Positions 10,443-22,300 of a stretch of 64,000 nucleotides of DNA are shown one piece after another. The position numbers were made by a program, and so were the translations under genes. The stretch lies in contig OZ076413.1 of NCBI GenBank assembly GCA_964187785.1, positions 40,424,001 to 40,488,000 on the forward strand, in the 5' to 3' direction. The notes under the pieces are model-generated. The model ran no database searches. It was given only the letters and a program-made list of their open reading frames with translations, and was not told the origin of the DNA. This DNA is from Amphiscolops sp. MND2022 (lineage: Eukaryota). Position 1 is the first letter of the stretch. Each line of letters begins with the position of its first letter.

Positions 10443-11090
10443 TGTCGTAAACTTGTTCTGGCTGATTGTCAAGGAAACAATCACGTGTAAGCTCGCTTCT
10501 AAAGTTGCTCTTAGATTTCTCGCTGCGGTAGTCTTCGGGATTATTTTCCGGTCTCTCGGCTGGAACGTTCCATCTATTTTGTGTCACATGTCCAGATCCG
10601 GCCTTCAGGGCATTTTGTTTTGGAGGCAATATCTGGTTGCTTATTGCATCACTAATTGCCCTCTGGATCTGGGTATTAACACTATTCATCATCTCATCTA
10701 TTTCTCTAGATAGCCTCGAGTTTAACTCACTTGACAGCCTGTTGAGACTCAGCATTTGAGTTAGCGCTTGTAGAATTTTGTCCTAGCTCGGCATCATTAC
10801 CAAGTCCCCTTTCTCTATGATTCAAGTACAGGTTTTCTTCATTGTTTTCAAACATATTGCTATTGGCACTTTCTGGCCTTCAGGCTGAACTGCTATTTAC
10901 ACTTTCGTCTCTCTCTCTCTCTAACATTATGTCAAGGTTTTCTATGTCTGTTAGCATTTCTAGTCCTCTTGACTTTCTTGCCTTTTTCTGATTTCTTGTA
11001 GTAGGCATTGGCAAAATCCAAGTACAAACACTTGAATCATTTGATATCGGAAAATTAGGGTGCTACTACGTTGGTGTTGATTGTTCTGCC
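10443..11090 (-). repeat. 3' (U5) part of a Gypsy LTR carrying the LTR-borne ORF
   Basis: Minus strand reads MPTTRNQKKARKSRGLEML...LNRLSSELNSRLSREIDEMMNSV...QPEQVYD and ends TTTACGACA, the family-type LTR end. No PBS follows. Confidence 0.6.
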
Positions 11091-11320
11091 AAGGACTTCA
11101 ACTTGAGTTACTGCAAAATGGAAATTTTCGATTGTCAGTTATAGTCAAACTTTTCGAAAGCACTTGTGTACTGCTCTGATCTTTTTGATGAGTTGCTCCG
11201 TGTTGTTTCCAGCTACCACGATGTCGTCTACATATTGATCTGCCTTGATGACCGTGTCGAGGTAATCGCGGATGAAACTGGAGAACGCAGACCAGCCCAT
11301 ACTGAGTCCTTGTCCTGATG
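11090..11320 (-). pseudogene. Gypsy reverse-transcriptase core fragment, inverted relative to the adjacent pol
   Basis: QGLSMGWSAFSSFIRDYLDTVIKADQYVDDIVVAGN...HFAVTQVEVLGRTI, including the YVDD motif. Confidence 0.85.
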
Positions 11321-13780
11321 TACGATCTCTTGAAAACCGATGCAAAAGACACCATTTCTGAAGAGCTAGTCAACTACTGGAGATCAATCAACGCGAGCCT
11401 TGCGGAACAACGTGTACTAACAGTGCGTCAACCGATTGCAGGAAAGCAATACATCCATGACAGATGCAAGTTTCAACGCATCCGCTTACGCACTGATGAT
11501 TGAAGAGAACGGCGACGAGGAAATACTCTCCAAGTGGAAGACATTCGTATCAGTAGCGTTTGGATCACGCGTATTTTTGCCGTCCTAACTGAAAATGTCA
11601 ATATATTGCAAAGAATTCTTAGCAATCTAATATCCCTTCCTTGAATATAGCCACATCCTATAGGAAATTATCCTGCTGACATTGGTACTGATAGACAACA
11701 GATCAGTAACAATGTTTTTCCAAACAAAGATCAATCCACCCATCCTATGGATTAACTGTGACCACGTTTCAGGTTTCGCATCATGCGCGTAGCAGCCTCA
11801 CAAAACACAGCAGCAGCAGATTTTTTATCAAGACTGGAATTGAAGTACAAAGCAAAGATCCCACTCAGATCACGCTACGCCATACTAACGTCACCAGTAG
11901 AAGTTAACTTTCAATCATCTGATGTGGCAGACGAAGAACAACTTTTCATCCTTCCAAACGAAGAAAAACATTCAAAACAAGCAATACTCGCCAAAAAACA
12001 TAGCAATCAACGTGCCCTAACTAGAAAAAAAACAATTCGATTTGTCCACGAAGGTAAAAGAAGTTGTCAAAATACAACTCAATGCTGCCGTGTACGCATT
12101 TGGTGCAATCAAGATAAACGCACGGATCAGGAACGAACAAGACGCGGATCCCTTACCAAACGCCCGGAAGTTACGCTACTTACACCAGGAATATGATAAA
12201 CACCTCCCCAAGAAAGAATCAAGAGAACGAAACCTGCTACGTAATGAAGAAAGAACCCTGGTGAAAGAAGGAATCCTTATGAGAAAAAAATACGGCGAAG
12301 AGGTAACAGTGACGCACCACCAAGCGTTATTTCCGAAACTCAGAACTACTACACACTCTACATTGAAAACAGCAAACAGCCCGGAATACCAAAGATGATC
12401 CAAGAATGCAGAACTGAACACTACTACCCGGGTCTAGCAGAAAAAATCAGAGCTTGGGTAACGAACTGTACTGATTGCATTGCCAACAAAAGATTCGATA
12501 CGCGACAAATACAACCGAATGTGCTTAGCAACACAGACTTCACAATGGGACCAGAGGACTGCTTAGAAGTCGATCTCCTTCTGAACCTGCCTTGATCAAA
12601 TGGATGCAAACACATTATAACGATGCTGGACGTTTTCTCTCGTTATTTGTTCGTCTATCCAACAAAAGATGTGACACCAAGAACGGTCGGACGTGGCATT
12701 ATCGACGTAATGACGAGGCACTGCTATATACCAACAGTCATACTGACAGATAAAGGATCACAATTCAGATCACAAGTGGCAAACGAAATAGCACAAACTC
12801 TCGATATACGAAAAAACCACAGATCAACAAAACACGCTCAATTAATTGGCATACTTGAACGGACGCATGCCACACTCAAAACAGTGGTGAATTACATTAC
12901 AAGCTACCATGAAGGCTTAGGCTGCGAACCAACAAAAGTGTTACACGGGAAACTTCCGTACAATATACTGGATATAAACCAGAATGGAAAAGAGATACAG
13001 ATAAAGGCTTAGCCGAAGACCATGACGCCGAAGACAACCTGATGCAATCATACTCAAAATACGAAAGTTACAACAACAAGAAAGGGGCAGCAACTCCTCT
13101 AGCACTAAACGACTCTTGCTACGTCCTTACCCTGAAAGCTGACTACCATTCAATAAAATTCGCATTCAAAAACTGTATTTGGACTGGACTATTTATAGTC
13201 GTTAAAACGCTGTCAAAAAACAACTAAGTAGTAAGACAAACAAGCACAAAGTACACGCAAACCATCCAAAGATTTCGTCTAAGGCTATATGCGACCAATC
13301 AAGAAGTTCCTGACGTAACAGTCAGACCGGAAGATCAACTTCCAGATACCGGGGTTAAAAGAACCCATGACGATTGGTACGCGCAATCTTAGGAAACAGA
13401 ATTCGGAGAAGTTCTCCTCGGTACTTCATTGAAAAATCAATTGGAAGAAGCTGTAATTAAAGAAGTGACAGGAGACATTGAAATTACGACGAAAAATGAA
13501 GCATCTAAAACAATGCATTTGGAAATACAGAAGGGGATAAAACATCCTCCGACAATATCACGTCATTCAATCTCGACGTTTGTGACAATCCCTACATCAT
13601 GTCGCCGCCGCCTATAGAAAGTCCTTCTCTATCACCTAATTTACCGCCTATAGTTGGATAAAACCCTCGAAAGGTGGTGAGATATAATCGGCCTAACCCC
13701 AAACCAAAAGCACCTACGGATTTTCGAAAGCAGGACTCAGTAACAACAGAAAGCCTACGTCAAACTCAAAGCTGAACAAA
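11318..13780 (+). pseudogene. pol: Gypsy pol remnant: RNase H and integrase
   Basis: RNase H (TDAS-like, VAFGSR, KEFLAI, QNTAADFLSRLE), IN zinc region (YYPGL...CTDC), D-D-E (EVDLL, LDVFSRYLF, LTDKGSQF, GILERTH) and a GPY/F-like module. RH-then-IN order is Gypsy/BEL type. Many stops. Confidence 0.92.
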
Positions 13781-13835
13781 AACAAACAACGTACCAAACC
13801 GAATCGGCATGGCTACGGTAACTTCAACTCCATTT

Positions 13836-15145
13836 TTATCTTGCGATACCTGAATGAGAATTTATCTTACAATACACATCGGGATCGGCATCTTTCTTAT
13901 TCCTCTTTGGATTCGTCTTCGAGGGATTACCACCTCCAACTCTAAGTGCACCATACGGTGATGTCGAAGCCTTGTTCATTGCCGCCTCCGCCTTCTTTCG
14001 TTTCACCACAGCAACCAAACTGCTCTCAAGCTCACCTACGTCTGATGACGGTCCACTCTGGGTCAATCGATTGACCTTGTTGCTATCAGTATAGTATTTC
14101 CTGCAGAATTGTCGATGCTGTGACAAAAAGGCGAGGTATTCTTCACGGTGCCGCAAAAAAAAGCATCATACTGAACGACACAAAAGTCTTTCTTTCCACA
14201 AGCGAAAACCTGGGGCCACAAAGAAAACTCCAGCAGCACTAGCAGCGTCACGAAAGGTATCCATTGTTCTGGATCTATGAGGTTCAGAACGCCTGATGAG
14301 GGCACCCATGGGACAATACGTGCGATTGGGTCATCTGCAAGCATCCACGGAATACGCCGACATCTAAAGCGCTGCAACTCAAATCAATGAATGACAGCTT
14401 TCGAAACATCAGCTGCAATTGCATCACAATCTGCGAAGAGTTTACGCAAATCAGCAAATAAACCGAAAACTGTGTTGTCGTTGCCTTGCAACATAATTTA
14501 CGGTCAACAACTATATAAGCACCGAGAAAAGTTTGATGTCACGCCAACGCCCTCCACAAGAATAGTGGCAAGTCACAACTTCCGGAAGAGCAATACGAGG
14601 TGCAATAACCACAAGACATCACAATTTAAACACCCGCAAAACATGATGACTCGACTGAAACAAAAAGTCTCTCAGAATGAACTACGACAGGACATCCGGA
14701 ATGTCACTTGCTGACCGATCGTCATCCTTGTGTTGCCTGCGTTTTCCACTATGAAACTGGTATATTCCTCAACAGCAGCTTTTGGAACATCGGCTGCAAT
14801 TACAACACTATCAACGAAAATTTACGAAAATAATCAAAGAAACCGAAAACAGTGCTGTCGTCGTCCTCCAACAAAATTTCCGTCCAAGCACTGTATAAGC
14901 ATCGAGAAAATCTTGATGTCACGCCTTCTCAAGAATAAAAGCAAGTCTATCAAAAAACTGTCTACATCTGTCTCGAACGCCCCGTATCTCACTGGTCTTC
15001 CCGGCAGCAAATTCTTTTCTAAACTCATAATTGGCCAATAGGGAGTGCGGAACTCACCAATCTTCTCGTCACACATGTATCGATCCCATTCATGGATGCC
15101 CGGCAGTGCTCTGATCTTATGTTGCGAGTTTTCAAGAGCAGACAA
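13836..15145 (-). pseudogene. Decayed antisense accessory ORF with an internally repeated domain
   Basis: Two repeat copies translate alike on the minus strand (HQDFLDAYTVLGRKFCWRTTTALFSVSLIIFVN vs HQTFLGAYIVVDRKLCCKATTTQFSVYLLICVN). C-terminal part is ORF 13836..14156. Confidence 0.5.
14891..15056. repeat. ~170-bp direct repeat, copy 1; also a diverged partial copy at ~14393-14560
   Basis: Near-identical to 17601-17773 (CTGTATAAGCA...GGAACTCA). Confidence 0.9.
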
Positions 15146-15912
15146 AAATTAATAGATAAAATTACATAACGAAACCATGCTTGCCGTAATCATGGAAGTC
15201 GTAATCATCGCGGCCCTGGCATTTCTTCCGCAGGTTGAAATGGACTGAAAAATAACCATCAACCCAATACAGAAGAAAAAAAGAAACCAAGTAGCTGACA
15301 GACGAACGATCAACATAAAAGCCAGTCACGAAGGACAATCAAAAAACATAAATAAAGGAGCTCAGAGAACCAAGTTTGTACTCACAAGTATCGAGCATCA
15401 GTTGCAGCAATCCAAATTGCTGCACGTTTATGTTCATTACGATACAAATGCCTCAAAAATGGAGTTTATCATCGAGTGTTAAGTGTATGTTCCGTAAAAC
15501 GAGAGCGAACCGTATTTTAGTCAAACAGTGCATAGTGTAAAGTTCACTAGAGTACAGTGTACAGTGCGTAGTGTACAGTCCAAATCACACCGTGTAACGA
15601 GCAAAACACGTAACGCGTATTTGAAATAATGACGCGTTTTTATTGGCTGTTAATCGAACTAGCAAGATCTTGCTAGTTCGTTGCGGCATTTGTACGGTAA
15701 TGTTGTCGGTAAGTAGATACTACTCTGATCCTCGGATCTGCAACACAAAGTAATTAAACAACATCCTCAAAACGAAAAAAAAATGAAACGAAGCAAAGAA
15801 GTGTAAAAAATGAAAAGAAGCAACACTAACACTGTCGACATTGTCCTTCACATGAGGGATGCCGGTACACCGAATGAACGGGCGGATTGACGGCCACAAA
15901 TCAATGAGATAA

Positions 15913-16503
15913 GTGACAAGATCACGTAGATCCACAAAGAAAACAGAACCTTGCCGAATGCATCTCCGAAGAAGAGGCCTGGCCTCTGTCCATTCCTCAT
16001 ACAGAGCACAATTCATTCGATGTATGACATACTCGACTGATGTTGTCACCGCCAACATTCCAGACGTCTTGGTGTGCCTGGTGGAAGCACTGGAAGAATA
16101 ACTCTTCATTGAAACTTTGCTGCACAATGAATCTCGAGCCATCAACGCGACAATTTTCAAGCACACGAAAGAGAATGGAACTATGCCCACGAACATACAA
16201 CGGTAGCTACATCGGTTCCAGGCAACATGCACCACGTGATAACGAGAGGAGCTCAGCATTAGGCAATGGCTCGTCCAAGGGTTGGACATCAACACACATT
16301 TTCTTCAACACATTGTTTCCTCAATACAGCGTTCTAACAACTCCCCCTTCTCAAACTTCAAACTGTATGCGTCCAATCTTGTGATGCCATTCAGAACACG
16401 ACAAAAAACACGCGAAGTGAGCCCTGACACAAAAACGCCTGAAACAAAGTCGCACAAAAGTAACAGCACGAAGAAACTACGGATTCACACCCACACATGC
16501 TGA
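15913..16503 (+). pseudogene. Decayed sense-strand accessory ORF in the Gypsy 3' region
   Basis: ORFs 15913..16101 and 16282..16503 are in the same frame, separated only by stops (EPCRMHLRRRGLASV...VLVCLVEALEE*LFIETLLHNESRAINATIF...IRQWLVQGLDINTHFL). Confidence 0.4.
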
Positions 16504-17600
16504 TAGTACCAAACCAACTTATCAATAACCACAAAGAAAACAACTAACCAGTCTCTGAACGACTCCAGTTCAATGACAACTCGGGTTGAAGCTCCCCGAA
16601 CATAGCACTGAAACGGCCCCATTACGTCGCAACAAACAGAAGGCCCCTCCACTTCGCAACCAATTGCACACAAGATACGCAGCTCATAAAAGGAACCTTT
16701 GATTCCACAAGCGGATGTTTGAGCAATAAATCTTCGGGTACTCACTGCCAAGACCTACAAAAGGCGGTGACCGATTGTCCGCTCGTTGTGCATCCGTCAA
16801 CACCGTGGGCTGAAGCGTGCGATTATAAATAGGCAGATCATGTGAGTAACGTCTGGAAACAATTGCCCATCTGATCCAAATGGCCGACTGATTTCACCGG
16901 ACCCAATGAAACGTCTCGCCGACACACCTTGCAAAGAAGAAACCTTCCTCATCCACACTGCGAGCCAGTTACAAAGTCAGGGAACACAAGGGTTCAATCC
17001 AAGCTTATGTTTATGCAAGTAATTCCGGCTGCTAAATTTGCGAGTTTTCTTTTTACTGTCAAGAAGGTCACTAACTTTTTCAGTACGTTCACTGAAGCCA
17101 ACACAACAATCAATAACAAAATGCACGCCTGATCATACGAAACAATAACGCAACAAAGTTAGCACCTCACCAGTCTGGATGGGACGCAATGTGCGCGTTT
17201 CAACTTAATCAACAATTTCACGACTGAGCTCTGCTATATCTCCGCGACCCAAAGCCAACCCATCACTGGTGCCAGCGATCATCTCATCTTGATCTACAGA
17301 AATCAAAACAATCGATACAAAAGCCCACACCAAGCAACCAGCAAAAACGTTTTGGAACAAATAAACTAATTACACCATCTACCAGCCATCATGTTCTGCA
17401 CCAAAGGGTAACTCCGGGTAACACAACGGGCGTCCTGAAAGTCACGCTACTCTTGCAGAACGGGAGAACTCTAGATACTAAAACAATATTCCCAATTGAT
17501 GTAAACAAAAGGATTAAAAGAATACAAAAGTACAACCCATACAAACCTTTTACTTATCTTGCGACGGACTAGTCTCACCTTCATGAGACTCAAGAGTCCA

Positions 17601-17773
17601 CTGTATAAGCACCAAGAAAATCTTGATGTCACGCCAACGCTCTTCTCAAGAATAAAAGCAAGTCTATCGATAAACTGTCTACATCTGTCTCGAACGCCCC
17701 GTGTCTCACTGGTCTTCCCGGCAGCAAATTCGTTTCTAAACTCATAATTGGCCAATAGGGAGTGGGGAACTCA
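17601..17773. repeat. ~170-bp direct repeat, copy 2
   Basis: Matches 14891-15056 with a 7-nt insertion. Confidence 0.9.
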
Positions 17774-18818
17774 ACGGTGGGAGAACAGCAACCGCACCAA
17801 CAGCGAGATCAACAATAGTTGCTGCAGGTTGAATTACTAGAAATCAAGATCCGGTTCAGACCCGTCAGTTTTTGGGATAAAACTAAAAGGCTCGTCACCA
17901 GAAACTAGTCCAATTACCCATGAATGTCGGAAAGATTTTACCAACCAGAGGCAGTTAGCCCAAGTTAGAATATTTCCTCTTCGCCTCAGCCAATCACATC
18001 AAACACGAAAGCAAAACGCTTTCAGAGTGGAAACGAAACAACGTAAGAAAGTCAACCAGTAGAAAATCACCAAAATAGAGCAAGTGGAAATCATGACCTC
18101 ATGCTTGCCGTTCAAATTTTCAGGAGAACAGTTAATTGCATTGGCCAAAACTACCTTCAAAGTTCAAAAACTTCAAAAATGAGCAATTCAATGTTTGTCG
18201 TTGACATCTCGGCAGATGAAGAAGACGAGGGAACTAGACAAACACTCCCATAAGGTCAATGCCTGTCAATATGGTTAACTTCTTGAATATGTCTGACTTT
18301 TCCTCATAAGCCATCAAAGTGAAAACAGAAGAATTAGCAGCTTCCCTGACAGAGTTAAACCTGTCCGGGGTATCAGTGTCAACATTCGAAACTAACAGAA
18401 CACCAAAGAAAATTGTGCCAAAGGACGACGGTTGAAGAAGAAACAATCACGGTAGAAAGACAAGCAACACAAGACTCTGACGGCAAATACTTTGAAGAAA
18501 CCGATACACTGCGTTCTTTGCTTCCTTTTCAGCCAGCTCCCGTCTTAAAAGACGTAACAATTATGTGTTCAACTAGCTACGCACCGCCAACGAAGGTTGA
18601 TAATCTCAACGACCTAAAGACACCCTCAGGCTCAGTGTCAGAAATAGAGTAAATTTTTGGGATTAAACTAGATGCCACTACTTAACTGGATGTGATTGCT
18701 GGGCGCGGAAGCAGCTGCTCTCCGCAGAAAACACGGAGGGTTCGAAAACAGCCTATGCGAGTCGTCAGAGAAATCCCCCACTCCTCTAATCTAGCCGCAA
18801 CAAGAACGCGTGGTGCTC

Positions 18819-19374
18819 TGTCATAGTTCACTCCCTGCTTGTGCAATTCTTGCTGCCACGGGATACACAGAAACTCCGGAAACCTTGAGGCATGGAAGCG
18901 TCAAGGGATTAAGAGTTAGTTTAGCATCGCTGAGTAACTTGTAGGATATTTAGATTACGAAAACTAACGCACACGTAACGTAAAGGTTATACGAAGTGAA
19001 TTTCCGAACTAGAACATCCTGTTTAAGTTTTCACCCGTTATTTTTCTTCGTTTCCGTTTTATTTCTTGAAGGGCTTTCCATGCCAATCTAAATATCAAAA
19101 TAGAAACACATAGACCAAAAAGATAAATAACTCTTTGTCAATCTAAAAGAAAATATTGAAAACAACAAATAACTCTGTGATCCCAACGCACAACATACAA
19201 CCTAAAATGAAATAAGTACCCAAAACAGCACTAATTTGGTTTGAAATGGTTGTAAATAACTACCGAGATAACAAGTATTTATTATATGAAAACAATTACA
19301 ACACAGGGTATATGTTCTGTAGCGGGATTGATATTGTCTAATACTAGCTCAGCGGACCAACAGTGTTACCGCGT
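18819..19374 (+). repeat. Putative 5' part of a Gypsy 3' LTR
   Basis: TGTCATAG resembles the family start TGTCACAG, sits at the end of the internal region and is followed by AT-rich sequence. No second copy is available to confirm it. Confidence 0.35.
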
Positions 19375-22300
19375 AGCTGATGTATTTGCGCTCAATCAAA
19401 TAAGAATGATTTCTGTGACGTCAGCAGCTAGAAAATTGGAATGATTTCTGTCCTCGCCTCCGTCCTTCTTTCAACCGCTGGTAAGCTATAGCTAATCTCA
19501 ACACACACAGACACTCTACGTTGCAACTGTAAAATTGTCTTAGTTGAAATGAAGGTGTAAACAGAGAATGAAATGAAATTTTTACCAAAGATAATAAAGT
19601 CATGAGTTATCCGAAGGGTTTGTAATTGGACTAAAGCTGTGTAAGGCAAGTGATGAAGCTGTTTCCCACCTCACAATTGGGTGCTAAAATTAGCTTGCTT
19701 TGTTCTACTCCATTCATGAAGATTAACCGAAAGAATACGCTGTATGCACGTCATAAGAAACATTATTACTTTCAATTACAAAAAAATGGATGCTTCAACA
19801 TTATCATTTCACTCTGATTTAACTAATAGTTTGAAAATAAAGCTGCTGTATTTACGTTTAACCAAACAAGCATGATTTTTGTGACGTCACTAGTTAGAGA
19901 ATTGGATTGATTTATGTGGTCGCCACAATCCCTCTGCCAACCGTTGGGAAGCTATAAGTAATCTTAATGCTTACGGAGACGCTAAGATGCAATTGTATAA
20001 TTGTCTCAGTTGAAATGAAGGTGTAAACAGAAAATGAAGGGGAACTTTTACCAGAGATAATATTGTGATAAGTGATCTGGAGGGTTTGTGATTGGACTAA
20101 AGCTGTGTAAGGCAAGTGATGAAGCTGTTTCCCACCTCACAATTGGGTGCTAAAATTAGTTTGCTTTGATCTACTTCTTTCATGAAGATTAACGAGAAGA
20201 ATATGCTGTACACACGTCATACAAACCATTTTCACTTTTGAATATAAATGGATGCTTCAACATTATCATTCCACTCTGATTCAGCTAATAATTTGAAAAT
20301 AAAGCTGCTGTATTTGCGCTTAAGCAGACAAGAAAGACTTTTGTGACGTCACTGACTAGAGAATTGGAAAAGTGGAATAATTTCTGTGATCGCCGCAATC
20401 CCTCTGCCAACCGCTGGTAATATATAACTAATCTAAATACACACGGAGACGCTAAGTTGCAATTGTAAAATTGCCTTAGTTGAAATGAAGTTTTAAACTG
20501 GAAAGGAAAGGGAGTTTAGACCAGAGACAATAAAGTCAAAAGTTATCCGAAGGGTTTCAAATTGGGTTAAGTTTGTGTTGTGAGGCAAGTGATGGAACTG
20601 TTTCCCACCTCTCAGTTGGGTGCTAAAATTAGTTCGCTTTGCTCTACTTCATTCATGAAGATTAACCAAAAAAATACGCTGTAAGCACGTCATACGAAAC
20701 ATTTTTACTTTCAATTATAATTGGATAATTCAACATTATTATTCCACTCTGATTTAACTTATAAATTGAAAATGAAGCTGCTGTAGTTGCGCTTAAGCAA
20801 ATAAGAATAACTTTTGTGACGTCACTAGCTAGAGAAATGGAATGACTTCTGTGATTGCCGCAATCCCTCTGCCAACCGCTGGTAATTTACAACTAATCTA
20901 AATACACACGAAGACGCTAAGTTGCAATTGTAAAATTGTCTCAGTTGAAATGAAGGTTTAAAAAGAAAATGAAACGGAAATTTTACCAGCAATAAAAAAG
21001 TCATTAGTCATGCGAAGGGTTTCTAATTGGACTAAAGTTGTGTTGTAAGGTAAGTGATGAAGCTGTTTCCGACCTCACAATTGGGTGCTAAAATTAGTTT
21101 GCTTTGATCTACTTCATTCATGAAGAATAACCAGAAGAACACGCTGTACACACGTCATCAAAAACATTTTCACCTTTAATTATAAATTGATGCTTCAACA
21201 TTATCATTTCACTCTGATTCAGCCAATACTTTGAAAATAGAGCTGCTGTATTTGCGCTTAAGCAAACAAGAATATATTTTGGGAGGTCACTGACTAGAAA
21301 ATTGGAAAAGTGGAATAATTTCTGTGATCGCCGCAATCCCTCTGCTAACCGCTGGTAATATATAACTAATCTAAAAACACACGGAGACGCTAAGTTGCAA
21401 TTGTATAATTGTCTTAGTTGAAACGAAGGTTTAAACAGAAACTGAAAGCGAATTTTTACCAGAGAGAATAAAGTCATAAGTTATCCGGAGGGTTTCAAAT
21501 TGGACTAAATTTTTGTTGTGAGGCAAGTGATGGAACTGTTTCCCACCTCTCAATTGGGTCCTAAAATTAGTTCGCTTTGCTCTACTTCATTCATGAAGAT
21601 TAACCAAAAGAGTACACTGTAAGCACGTCATACAAAACATTTTCACTTTCAATTATAAATGGATGCTTCAACATTATCATTTCAATCTGATTTAACTAAT
21701 AATTCGAAAATAAAGCTGCTGTATTTGCGCTTGAGCAAACAAGAATGACTTTTGTGACGTCACTAGCTAGAGAAATGGAATGACTTCTGTGATCGTCGCA
21801 ATCCCTCTGCCAACTGCTGGTGAGCTATAACTAATCTAAATACTCACGGAGACGCTAAGTTGCAATTGTAAAATTGTCTTAGTGGAAATGAAGGTTAGAA
21901 CAAAAAATAAAAGAGAATTTTTACCAGAGATGATAAAGTCATAATTTATCCGAAGGTTTTCTATTTGGAAAAAATGTTGTGTTTTAAGGTAAGTGATGAA
22001 GTTGTTTCCCAATTCACAATTGGGTGCTATAATTAGTTTGCTTTGCTGTACTTCATTCATGAAAAATAACCAAAAGAATACGCTGGAAGCACGGCATACG
22101 AAACATTTTTACTTTCAATTATAATTGGATAATTCAACATTATCATTCCACTCTGATTTAACTTATAAATTGAAAACGAAGCTGCTGTAGTTGCGCTTAA
22201 GCAAATAAGAATAACTTTTGTGACGTCACTAGCTAGAGAAATGGAATGATTTCTGTGATTGCCGCAATCCCTCTGCCAACCGCTGGTAAGCTATAACTAA

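Noticed and set aside
15720-16295. 191-aa minus-strand ORF
   Set aside because: It overlaps the same-frame plus-strand fragments, has a non-ATG start and looks like a shadow ORF; no motif. The true strand is not proven.
19645-19820. Tandem C/D-box snoRNAs (GTGATGA ... CTGA in each monomer)
   Set aside because: The boxes are ~185 nt apart, the C box is often GTGATGG or GTGATAA, and the terminal stem is only ~2 bp.
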